DNA of 64,000 nucleotides from contig KZ538287.1 in NCBI GenBank assembly GCA_000934665.2, positions 1 through 64,000 on the forward strand. The letters run 5' to 3'. The position numbers were made by a program, and so were the translations under genes. Below are positions 48,201 to 60,498 of the stretch, in pieces. This DNA comes from Catajapyx aquilonaris (taxonomy: Eukaryota). The notes beneath the pieces were generated by a model. The model was not told the DNA's origin, did no database searches, and saw nothing but the letters and a program-made list of their open reading frames with translations. The number at the start of each line of letters is the position of its first letter. Within the stretch, counting starts at the first letter, position 1.

Positions 48201-49496
48201 TATTCATGACAGGGGTGAAACGACGACGAATTCGGGTAGTTTTATGGTGTCACAAAAAGTGTTCACCCCAGGTCCTCCTTTGCCCGGACTCATTTACACT
48301 CCGGGGTAAGTCGGCGGTAAGTAGTTTTCTCACAAAAATTTCTCCAAACTTTGAAAGATTAAGCTAAATGGCATCAAATAACGCGTTATTACAACCTAAA
48401 CGCGGGGTTATAATATGTTATATGCGGTGCTACTAGATTCAGCACGTATTTCCAACCGGATCCTCTCCATCTCCAATGCGCATCCAGGTAGCGCATCCGG
48501 GCGTGCGAGCCGTGCGAATAAGAAGAGGTAGGCCTCGGGTGACGTCACCGGCTGGGGGGCAATGGAGAAAAGGCTTGTCCCCAACCAGTGACGACACCCA
48601 AGGGCTACCATTTCTTACTCGCACGGATCGCACTTCGATATGCACGTCTTTCGCATCGGAAAATGTCGCTAGTAGTATGATGGAATTAATGTCCAGCCTA
48701 TCCTGAAATGGCCACGCACATCTCCTGAGCATCACAGATCATTACTTGCACTCACATTAGTGTGTACCTCATAACAATTCCGTGTCCTATAACCGCTCGT
48801 CCCATTCTGGTTTCATTTGCACTAGGCTCATCTCCGCTAGCTGTTTCATCAAGATAGCCCTGCGATATTAATGCGTCGTATTCAATTGCAAACTAGGCTC
48901 GGTTTCAGCTTGTACTGTAATTACATAGAAAGGTAGCTATGGCAAGCCTCACCCTCGCGAATTGTGTAACACTCCCAGAATTCATAATCGCTACCATTTC
49001 TTGCAATAATGCAGGGTTCTCCAGTAGATGCTCCTCAAAGAGCTAGACATAAACAATGCGTAAAGGGCTGTAAGTGGAGATTGGAGACTTGAACCAAGTC
49101 CTTTGTCCCCCTCCATACTACGGCACTTGGAAAACGAAGCCACGAGACAAGCCCGTTGCCAGATAGAATTTAATCTCTCTCACTCCATCCCCCCATAAAA
49201 GACACCATTCAATTAACAGGAGGCTCAACCCTGCTCAACCCTACTCTTCATTTCAGGAAAAAAGGCTGACTTTTTCGCAAGGTTTTGGAGATTCACGTAT
49301 ACGGAGTTGAACTACAGGGTGTATCATAACCTAGCATGACATCATCGATTACTCTGCATGAATGACCCTTGTTGACAACAAGCGTCATTAAAAGGAATGC
49401 TGTGGACACATTCCCCCTTCTCTTGTCCCCCTCTCGTAATCATAGCCGGGCATCACAATCGTGTCCAAGTCAAATTGAACCCCCCCCCCCCCCCCC

Positions 49497-49693
49497 NNNN
49501 NNNNNNNNNNNNNNNNNNNNNNNNNNNNNNNNNNNNNNNNNNNNNNNNNNNNNNNNNNNNNNNNNNNNNNNNNNNNNNNNNNNNNNNNNNNNNNNNNNNN
49601 NNNNNNNNNNNNNNNNNNNNNNNNNNNNNNNNNNNNNNNNNNNNNNNNNNNNNNNNNNNNNNNNNNNNNNNNNNNNNNNNNNNNNNNNNNNNN
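49497..49693. other. Assembly gap flanked by poly-C / poly-G
   Basis: N run; C-run on the left, G-run on the right. Confidence 0.99.
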
Positions 49694-50415
49694 GGGGGGG
49701 GGGGGGGGGATTCCACCTGACAGCACAGATATGCCTAGTTTACAAAAGGCATATCGTTCATAATAATTAATAATATGGCGCTGCATTATTTTACAGGTTC
49801 AAGTTGACAGTTGACAATGTTGTAGTACAGCTTTTTTATGATTTCAATTTCTCTGCCTTGGGCATGACCAAAATAATGTAAGTGTTGTTCATAACTCAAA
49901 ATGACTGCTACGAATTACAAGCTGCCTACCGCGTGAATCAAATCAATCGGACTGGGTATATATGAAGAACCGGTCCTTTTTTTTTAATCGGGTTCGAGAG
50001 AGACGTGCCAGGGGTTATTACATCTACTGCAGTATTCCGGACGGAGGTTATCCCTTTTGGTCCAGATTAACACGTCCAATCTCATCAGGTTCACCTTCAC
50101 AAAAAAGAGGGTTTTTTGGTCTGACTAGGGGAAAGGAAGAAGTACAAGTGTACAGAATTTTCCATTTCGAGGGTCAGGTCACGTATGGCTTGCTTTCATT
50201 GCTCTTTGGCTCAATGGGATGGAGAGCCATTTTGGGGAGACTGGATGAAATCGAGCAAAGGGTCGGTTCAGGAAAGGTATCGGAATCGTCCCATCCCGGA
50301 AATGTCCATAGAAGACTATAGAAAATCCTGAAAAAAAATCTAGACATTGCTAAAAATATTACAGTTTCCAATACTCAATTGTCATTATTTTAGTGTTTCT
50401 TAATGAATGTATGCG

Positions 50416-50628
50416 CACTGTAAAAATGGAGTGATTTTCACTCCTTACACTTGATTTGACTCTCACTCATTTTGAGTCAAAATCACTCTACTCATCCACT
50501 CATTTTCACTGTTCTTTCGAGTAATTCTCTACTCGATTTGAGTTAAAGTGAAATTCGCTCTAAAATAGCATTTTACGAAATTGCTCATTTTTGAGTGAAT
50601 TTTTCACTCTCAAATTCTTAAGAGAGTG
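50416..50628. mobile_element. Degenerate CACT...AGTG element rich in CACTC/GAGTG motifs (CACTA-like MITE)
   Basis: Starts CACTGTAAAAAT and ends ATTCTTAAGAGAGTG; more than 10 ACTC/GAGT motifs in both orientations. Confidence 0.45.
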
Positions 50629-52392
50629 AGTACCTGCAGATGTGTGCCACGTGTGCCTCCGAGCCAGTGATGTAAAATACCTACATTTGCAAAACATGCA
50701 TAAGCTGCGCTCACACATTTACCTTGAACTTACAGTGTTGTTTTCCATTCCCTGCCAGTATTGCACAGCTCTACTTAACTGCAGACATGCCTGCAGGTAA
50801 ATGTACGTAGCAAAGTTTGAATTTCAATGGCAGGTCAACTGCTAAATTATTCGAAGCAGAAATATATGAATAATTTCAAGTTTACACTTGAACACATTTT
50901 GTTTTCTACTTTCCCACAGCTATTTTTCTCCTGCCACATTAGTCCCAAGGCAATAATCCACCCAAAATCCGGCAGCCTTTTTTCCCACCCTCTTTCCAAT
51001 AACGCTTCTGTGAAAACGTGGCGACTGTTCTGAACGCGAAGCAATGACCCTAAAATTGCACCTTAATTTGTCATTTCCTCCTTCCTACTCCGTCACTTCT
51101 GGTCTTATTTCCCGCCAGCTCCTCTTTCATTCTGCAGCCCTCCCTTTCCCCTTCCCCCCCTACATATATATATTTTTCCATGAAAAAAAGTTGGAACCAT
51201 CTGATCCCAAATTGCAAAACTTCATCAACACAAACCGATTGACAGGGTTCCAACAAAAGACTCCGGATTTTGCATGGAAATTTCGATTTTTCCAAAAATA
51301 CAAATTGACAAACTTCCCAGAAATTTTTGTCACTTTCCATTCCTGTTTTTTTTTCTGTAGAAGTGATTTCTGTTGCCAAGAAGATGGCGCCATCAAGAGA
51401 CTTGGCGACACATGTGTCCCATTCGACACCCTCCATTTTCACCCACGCTTACACGGTGCATTTGGAGAAAAAGATGAAACGTCTTGGGATGCTGATTGAT
51501 CGTTGGCTGCGCCTCATGTATAAAGAGGAGCATCAACCTTTTTACAGGCTTTTTTCGAAGGTTACAGTCAGGGTGTTTATCTGTCACTTGCCGTTTGCGA
51601 GACAGGGTGTCATTTTTCAACCTTGGTTTTCTGTGGGTTATTGCGGCCATTACTGGCGGGCCTTCCGAAAGGGGATCGTTTCTTGCGGATATCAATTCTG
51701 GCGGTGTAATGTACTCCACTGAAAGCTGACATGTATCATACTGTACAACAGATTAGGTAACTTGCTGGGGAGTTATTGAATCCATTCAGGAGGCGTTGAT
51801 TCGTCTCTCCAAGACGGAGCTAGAATGGGAGGCGCTTTTGTGAGAAGGTTATTGCGGTTGAATGGCACTGAAGAAGTAGGACCCAGTCATGCCATGTTTA
51901 ACCCCAATGGCTGTGGCAACACTGACGACACTGGCTGCATACTGACAGTCCTCGCAGTGACACAAAATTTTAAAACTCTAAAAATAATTTCCCCTATAAT
52001 AATCGCCTTATTTTTTTTCTTCCCTCTGTCTGGAACGCTCCGGTAGGTGGGGCGGGGGAGTTAGGGGGCATTGGTGAGTGCCGCCACCTTCTGGTCACTC
52101 CACTAAATCATCAGGCCGGGAGATTGCAGGTTTTGCCAAATTTTGGCTACGGGTGCACTAGTTTGAAATGTTCCATATAACTTGTCTTATTGGCGGTTTA
52201 GAAATTTAACAAAAAGTGTCCCATCTCTCATTGGGAAAGGTCACCTCGACCGTGAAAAGACCCGCTAAATTTTAAATTCCTGTTTTTTTATGTGTTCTAC
52301 CAGATAGCATGATTTTGATAATGACCTACTCAAATGTACAATTTGTATGGATGAAATTCGATATAGGATCACGGTATTTCCAAACACTGACC

Positions 52393-52460
52393 TCATTAGG
52401 CACCCTGGCCACATTAGGCACACTGGCTCCATTAGCAACTGTAGCCACTTTAGCTACATA
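52393..52460 (+). repeat. Degenerate 18-bp tandem repeat
   Basis: CATTAGGCACCCTGGCCA / CATTAGGCACACTGGCTC / CATTAGCAACTGTAGCCA / CTTTAGCTA. Confidence 0.65.
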
Positions 52461-53887
52461 GCAACAGTGACGAGCTCTTCCAGCCATAAGCTCATCTAAA
52501 CAGACGCATCAATGACACTCGGCTGAAGTTGCGAAACTATAGTAAAAACTAACTGCCGGCATCTTTTCTAAACGAGCCGTCACCATTTTTTTTCGCTTTA
52601 AAATTCCAATGGTTCACTGACATAACTGCTTTACGCTCTGGTTTTAGGTGCCCATAACCTCCTTTTTTTATTTTAATACCAGTCCTGCGAGACGACAGGC
52701 GCCCGACATTTAATACCCTCGACGCGGAAAATGGTGTGAAAATGTTGCAGAGGATTTCAAGAGGTGACAACAGCCTTTTTTTTTAAACAGCTAAGCGACG
52801 TAGCTATGGCGACGACAATTTTTTGCTACAAAAAAAATGACTAGAATATGATTAATTATCTTCCGCCCTCTCCAACAGCACGCATATTTTTCTTGTCTCG
52901 TATGGAAGCGCTGTCGAGACCTTAACTCTTCACCCTCGTCAGCAGATCCTGCGATCTTGCATTAATATTCCTGACAGCTTATTGATCACAGGGGGACCCC
53001 GTTTCCTTGACGCGATATCATCATTCCTCTGGATAAACGAGTTCCGATGGATTTTTCAATTCATTTGCAGAATGACAGATTTTTCGGCTGGGTGCGAAAG
53101 TCACAACATGTTTTTTCGAGATGTCTCCTCTAAATAATTAGAGGCGACACTGACATGAATAATTTCACGTGTCTAGACGAGTAGGGGTAATTACGACATC
53201 AAAGACAGGCACGTAAAGTGACTCCGACTTCAAAGGGAGTAAAGTGGTGGTTTTTTCCGGAATTAAGGTCGGGGAAATCGTAAACGTATAATTTTCTTAA
53301 TGAAGCAAAATTTTTTGAGAGGGGAAAATCTAAAGTTTTCTGTAGCATACCTGGAAAAATCTGATGGCTTTTTCTTCCTAGTGTACATACACCCCCTGCC
53401 ACCTGCTTCTCTTCAGGCAAGGCTACTTCAGTCAACCAACTTTTCTGGGGAGCAGACCACCCAGGGTATGGGGTCGCCCGTAAAATTCTTTCACTAAAGG
53501 AATCTTCTTACCCTGCAACCATAACACCCATCTCCCTTTTTGATGTCTGGAAGTGGAGAAACGTAACCCACTCCATGATTCGTATAGCCACGATACCGTG
53601 GCTTTTTCCTTATCTAATGTAACTTTCAGAATTTAATCAAACGGTACGGTAACTGGCTGAGTCACCGACACTAGCGACGCTCTTCTGGCCATTTGATTAA
53701 CTCAGAATAACATGAGACATCTAGCAAAATTATATCAAAAAATATTGATGGAAGTATAGGTAAAATCGATCAAAATATGCAAGTTTACAGGTGATAATAA
53801 TTTAAATATGTCGAATTTTTAGATATTTTATTATTAGTAATTTACACTGAAAACCTGCATTCCATTTAAGTTACTTATCAACTTAAA

Positions 53888-54042
53888 ACAGGTGAATAAT
53901 ATTTCCCTTTATTAATTTCAATGCATAAATAAATGCATTGAGTGAATTATTCCCACTTTGAATTTTAAATGCATATATGTCGATTTTAAAATGCACTCAA
54001 TTTATGTATTAAAATGAATAAAGGGAACTATTATTCATCTGT
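53888..54042. repeat. Degenerate inverted repeat (~50-bp arms), probably an old MITE
   Basis: ACAGGTGAATAATATTTCCCTTTATTAATTTCAATGCATAAAT vs the reverse complement of ATTTATGTATTAAAATGAATAAAGGGAACTATTATTCATCTGT. Confidence 0.7.
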
Positions 54043-55078
54043 CCCTATCTGAATAAATGATCGGAATTAAATAATAAATTTATCTGAAGTGTACACACGG
54101 CTTAGATATTACATAAAATAATTAAATTAATATTATAATATTTATAATTCAGAACTGCTTTCTTGATTGGGTACAGCCTCTTAATTTAGGTGCCCTATAT
54201 CTTAATGCAAAAAAATCACATTCTGCACCAATCCTGCTGTGCTCTAATATTCTATGAATTTTAAGCAGATTCTATAAGAAAAATCCGACCTGATTGCATT
54301 TTATTCCCAGCGCACTCAGCTTGCATTCACATTTTATAACTATAAACTTATTCGCAAAATTCGGACTCCCTGTGGGTACAAGATGTAAATTTTTATCTCT
54401 CCCCCCGTTTTATTACATTGTCATTCCTCATGTCACAATCCAAGCTACGCAATAAAAATAAGATCCGGCCGCCCCCATAGTTTCAGATCAGAATCTCAAT
54501 CCTCAATTTCCTGGCACGATATCCATCCCCCTCCACCCCNCCCCCAAAAACCGCTTTTTCTTAAAAAGAAAAAAAAAAAAGACAGGCATCTTCTCAGGTC
54601 CCCACGTCTATTCCTCCGATAAGACTTTCCCTTGCTTGTCTTCAACTGTGACAGATGGCTCTTAGCAATCAATTCCAGACGCCAAGACAATGCGTGTTTC
54701 CTTCAGTTTTGCGAACCTCCCTGGCCACTTGGTCCCGTCAATCCAATGCTTTAAAAAAATCCACGTGTCTCACTGTCGTTTTTCTGGACAAGTCGACATC
54801 GTCACACCGGAACATTCAGGATACTCTATTACCTGAGCCACGTGTTTCGCCCACAGTCAAACCCCTCCCTAAGAAGCTCAGCCCAAAAAGTACCGCTAGA
54901 TAGCTGCAAGGTATGTTTTTTTGTGTGTACTCTAAAAGGTAGTCCATAATTTTTAAATAGGTAATTTTTTGTGCTTTTATCGTGACTTGATCCATTTACG
55001 AATATTCTGGCGCTTTCGACTCCTTGGAAGGACGAATTTATTGCGGGCTTCCGCAATTGAAGTTTCGCAAGAATGAGA

Positions 55079-55136
55079 CATCATGTGGAGTGCCCTTCAT
55101 TTCACTATAGTGAAATGAAGGACACGCCACATGATG
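55079..55136. repeat. 58-bp loopless palindrome
   Basis: CATCATGTGGAGTGCCCTTCATTTCACTA|TAGTGAAATGAAGGACACGCCACATGATG, 27/29 complementary. Confidence 0.9.
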
Positions 55137-58100
55137 CCTTGAACTTCTTTTAGGTCGTTTCCAGTGCAATGCAGTGAAGAGAATATATTTATTTTTATTT
55201 ATATAATTCAGAAAAAGTTAAATGTAAAATCGTCGTTCCGGATGAACAATTTGTCAGCGATTCGCCATCCAAATATTTTTCACTCTATTTTTCCGATCGA
55301 CTATGAGCAAACACGTCCTCGAATTTGCATTGATATCTAATTAATGTCCGTCGGTGGCTTTGACTTCATGCCGGTGGTCTGTATACCTCTTGGGTTCAAA
55401 GGCCCCACCAAAGCCCAGGACCCCTCTCATTGGTTAGTCAAAATGTAATTGGTTTTATATGAATATCGGGGGATCCTAGTGTCTTTTGGTCCCCAGCTTT
55501 TTTGGGGGCCCATGGATGTTGGCATATCGATTTACAATATGATACAACGTTCCCGCTTTTATAGCCTCAGCCTATTCTATCGGAGGCGCCAATATTTGCG
55601 AAGAGTCGAAACTATTACCTTATACTTTCGGAAGGTCGACACCACCGGTTTTCCTTCTAAGGTAAAGTGGCACCTGGCACGGTGGGGAGATCCTCAAAGT
55701 TAGAGACAGTTCAATTTCACACTCTCACCTCGGGCCACTTATAATTTTCGGACCCTACCCCCCCTGACATTGACAGTTCTTGGGCGTGAGGTGGCGATAA
55801 TATCTGAAAGGCGGGGATGAACGCCACTGTAACTTGGTTCCAGACACAAAAAAAAAAGGTTACAAGAGGAGGGGAAACCTGAGGATCCAATTTCGGTGGT
55901 GATAAATGCGCCGAAAATGGCTTCTCAGATGCGAATTTAGAATCAACCTAAAGCTTCCATATTTTTCAAATAAAATATATGAAATCTGTCCGTATTTTAT
56001 AAGGTAATAACTAGGCTCGGAATATCGGCTATTAGACGATACAAATCACGTATAGCTGGAAGGTATGATTGATATCCAAGTTCGAATCAGTCACGGGCTC
56101 CATCCATATTGGAAAGGAATGTGCCATGATTACCTCTAATAAGCTTTAAGTAGGGATCTCAAAGTCGTATCAGGATTAAGGTCAGCCTTTTTTTTATGAT
56201 TTTGTTCCAACCAGATATGTCTCTCTTCGTAGAAAATCACTCGCGTAGATGAAAGTCTTTGTGAGGTGCGTCATCATGATCAAGATTGATGTTTATTTAG
56301 GCAGCTAATCCTTAAGTGGATAGAGACACTAAGCGTGCTTTATGGAACTGGGTCTGGAAATTAATCCTCACTTGCTGAGACCTTGCACTCCTCAGAGGAA
56401 GGGGGTTCGTTTTTCCGGATTTTTGAAAAAAAATAAATTGTTATGGAAGCAACTTAACTTTGAAACATGCATGAATTAAGAGGTAAAACGGATGTCACTT
56501 GGTGTGTCAGATACATCCACTTGTTTACACTTGGTAGTTTGCTTGAAACTTATGGTTTCACGGAACTCTTCTGGGCCAAGGTCTTGCTACAGGATGAAAT
56601 ACGACGAAGTAAACACATTAGGCTCAACATATTTCGTTCGCATATTTTGCTCGTGTTTCCGCCATCTAAGTTACACTCGTATTTTTCTTTTTACGATCAT
56701 AAGCTTTGGGAGAACATGCAAAAATTCTGTGGGTAAACTAGCCTAAAAATAATTTATACTCCCATTTACATTTGGCAGGTGCTTCGTTTCTAAAGGCTGT
56801 CGCACTCGTCGGTTTAATTCCGAGCCATCAACATCACAGTTAAGATATGTCATAACACATATGCTACGGCTTGCTATTGGCTCAGGAAGTACCTTGGGGT
56901 CTTCCAGGAGAAATAATACCTCCCGCTGCCAAGAAAACAAGCCCCTGAGATTGGCACAGAAGACGACAGAAATAATAGCTGAGACAAAGAATAACAACCT
57001 GATCCAACCTTTCGTAACACATCAAGGAGCACTAACTGCAAACTTGGCCAAAAATCTTTTACTTTTTTTAATGGTCTCAGATGCCAATTCCGTCCTTCCT
57101 CCTTTGTTGCCAATATGGTCCTTATATCTTATCCCCGAGGCGATCATAAGTTCTCGATGAAAGGGCCATCCCCGGCACTCTTTGTAACGTACCGGATGAA
57201 AGCCAAACTTTGCCCAGATTGAAGGATCCTCCACTGTAATGAATTGTTTGATCGGTCCCAATAATTGCGGTTATACCCCCGGAATTTTTGCGGCGCTCCC
57301 TTCAAGTGTCAGTCTTTGATCCTTTACAAGCCGTCCATCAAAAAGTTCCTCCCGAACATGGCGTCCACCGTAAAAGCAGCGGTTGCCAGACGCAGCAGAC
57401 CGCAAGTCTTTGCAACTGGCAACCCCTAAAAGATTACGTGGGTGTCGGATGGGGGAATTGAAGCCTTAGAGGGCCGCCTAATGAAGTCCACAAATTACCG
57501 TCCGGGGGAGAAGATGAGCGCCCCCTGCGAACAAAAGCCAGAGGAAGTTGAACACCACGGGAGAACTAACCATAAAAGAAAATATGGCGCCCATCATGTC
57601 AACTGCTTCTTGGACCCCACACAAAAAATATGGGGGAGCTTTTATCCATATGACATCGCCAAGGTAGCTGGAGGCCAGAGTGAGTCCACCTGCATCTGGT
57701 CACACTGACGGCTGCCAAATGGCCCTAACCTGAAAATGGCTGCCTTTGTTACGGAAGATCTTAAGCGTGTAATTACCCAGGAATAACTCGGGGAACAGCT
57801 GTGTGGGCGTGTGTTCCTTTAGCAACAAGCCGCATTGCATTTATTAAACAGTTTGCAGTTTCCAGTGGTAGGAAACAGCATTGCAAAGTTGTACATTGCG
57901 AAATAAGTAGGTTTTGCCTCTAGGGAATACTGCAAAACCATCGAAAATTTGAAATCATTTATTTTCAAAAAAAAACTTTTTATTTAACTGTTAAGACACA
58001 AAATAAGGCTTTTCAATGAGACGTTAACACCAGACTAGTTTGCTAGTTCAACAGAGTCGCACTTACCCAACAAAGTAGCACAATATTATTACGCCTGAAG

Positions 58101-60222
58101 CAGTACCGAGGTTTCTCAACTGTACAGTACATGCTCCGAGTCGCAAAGACACGTTCTTATTTATCTAAGAATGCGTTCTTGACATTCTGCCCTCTGAAGG
58201 GCCCTGGAACTACTGTACAGTCATTCTACCCCATTGTTTTCCCTTCAACTCTATGCCCTCAGGTGTTTTCTTTTTCTTCTTATCCAACCCTGTTATTACA
58301 AGACCCCATTGTTATCCGCAATGGTACATATATCTCCCCACACTTCACCTATCATCATTATGATGCTTCCAACTAAGAGATACGACAGAGGACCTTGTTC
58401 CGGGTCAAATTACCCCTCCTTTTTTTCCTTACTAAAAAATAATCATTCTCGTGTTTTGGGATCACTCCGACACATGTCTCAAGGTCCGGCGAGATTAACC
58501 CCATGGAGCCTTGACTAACTGCGTCTCTGGCCTCAGCAGCTTACAAGACTTTATCTCCCGATGGTACCAAACTCCGGGAAACAACTTTTCAACACACTCA
58601 TTTATACCCTCAAGAAAAAGAATGAGACACGAGTTTTTTGGACGTTTAAGGGTCTCATTTCCATTTCATTAGGACACCTTTCTCAGAGGGGTACTGTCGA
58701 GGCGATAAATATTCTCGGAGGTTCTTCGTCTCCAATGGTAATGAAAATGGCGCTTCTCTGGAGCACCGGAATTGCATTTCGAATTAACTTTGAGGTCTTA
58801 TTGAAGGGGGGCGAAAGTGTCTTATTGTGTGGGCTCCATTTACCCCCTCCGGATGCCTTTTAAAACCAAGGCTTCCGGAAAACCTGACTAACGGTTTTGG
58901 GTTGTTGGATGCGACATTGGCACGAATCCCTTCCATTGTTTCCTTCCGAAATGGAGGACAATTTAAATGGCAGTAAAACTAAACATGAGTCGAGCTGTAC
59001 AAAATGGCTGGGAGTGCAATGGCAGATAACGTTTATAGCCACCTGACCTTCTGATGGCAGTCATTACAGCAGAAGTTGGGACAGATATCAGACGGATAAA
59101 AGGACGAAGGCGGTTTTATGCCTGGAGGAAAAGCTGTGATCGCAACAAAGGAGTATTATTGTGGTGGTTATTAGTGAACGTGTACAAAGAGATAACGTCT
59201 GATGGACACCATTGCTTGTGATATCTGAAAAGTCTTTGTCATAATTTATTATTTTTTGCTCAGGCTTTTTTAATGCCATCTAGCTGTGTTTGTCACTGTA
59301 TTTGTCACAGTTGGTAGCGTGAGGGACCGTGACATAGGCGTGAATCCTGCAGACTTTGTCGTTGACCCCTGAGTGTTGGTATCAAGCAGTATTCACCTGT
59401 TGTTTTGGCATTCTCGCCCACCAGGGCCATGTTTGACATTGCCAAGGCCAGAGTTGCACCTGAGCCCAGCACTTTTTACGGTATAAAAAAAGGTGTGTCG
59501 CCCACCGAGGTGCAATTACTGACACCATGTACGCGCCATGTACTCTCGCCAGGAAACAACAGGGCATCAATGTCACACACATGCAAGCTGCCAGTGTAAA
59601 ACGCTACCCAAACCGCAACTTTGTATCGCCATTTTTTTTATAAAAGGTTTTCGACCAATCTGGCCAGAAATGCATATCCTCCGGTTTATCACCTGCTCTC
59701 AACCAGGCGTAAAAGAAACCATAAATCGCATCATAGTCATTAACATCTCCAACATATTCGTTCCGTCCATTCCCTTCCGGTATATACAAGGTGGTTCATT
59801 GCCCAAGACTCCAATAAATTCAAAAGTAGAGTCGGAAGAAAATGTTATACTGGATATTAATATTTTCATAATTAACGCTACACAGCAAACATTAATTAAT
59901 AACACCTAAAATAAATGGCAGAAATAAAACAATGCCATTTCCATTTATATAAAAGGGAAAGTTCGAATGTTTGTCCGGGCTACCTAACCCACTTTCAGAC
60001 TACTAGAAGAGAAACTTGACGGACTGATAGCTGATCCGTCCATGATTGAGGGTAGTCAGATATTTTATGCCTAAATCTCCAAAATGTTGGATTTTTTATT
60101 TATTTTGGGGGGTTTCTGTACTGTACTGTATATGCCACCGGATGGCGTTGGCCTCCAGTTCGGTTAACGGGAGCTTCCTGCCACACGCAATAGATGGCAT
60201 GGGCATGCACTGCTTCTGCCAG

Positions 60223-60498
60223 TAAATAAATAAAATTAATAAATGCGTAAATAAAATTAATGAATTCGTAAATACGTAAATAAATAAATAAATAAATAGA
60301 CAAATTGACAAATTCGTAAATGAGTAAATAAATAAATTCATAAATAATTCGTAAATGGATAAATAAATTCATAAATAATTCGTAAATGGATAAATAAATT
60401 CATAAATAATTCGTAAATACGTTCGTAAATGGATAAATACGTAAACTAATGAATAAATACGTAAATTAATCGATCAATCAATATTACGTAAATTAATG
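60223..60498 (+). repeat. AT-rich compound minisatellite (ATAA/CGTAAAT units; 31-bp higher-order unit x~3)
   Basis: AAATAAATTCATAAATAATTCGTAAATGGAT repeated, embedded in (TAAA)n-derived sequence. Confidence 0.85.

Noticed and set aside
56045..56102. tRNA-like GTTCGAATC ... CTCCA; similar B-box-like bits near 44590-44625 and 49073-49103
   Set aside because: No paired T-stem or cloverleaf could be built; at most decayed SINE fragments.
57377..57427. GGTTGCCAG...CTGGCAACC mini inverted repeat resembling hAT termini
   Set aside because: Only a 9-bp match and no 8-bp TSD seen; too weak to annotate.
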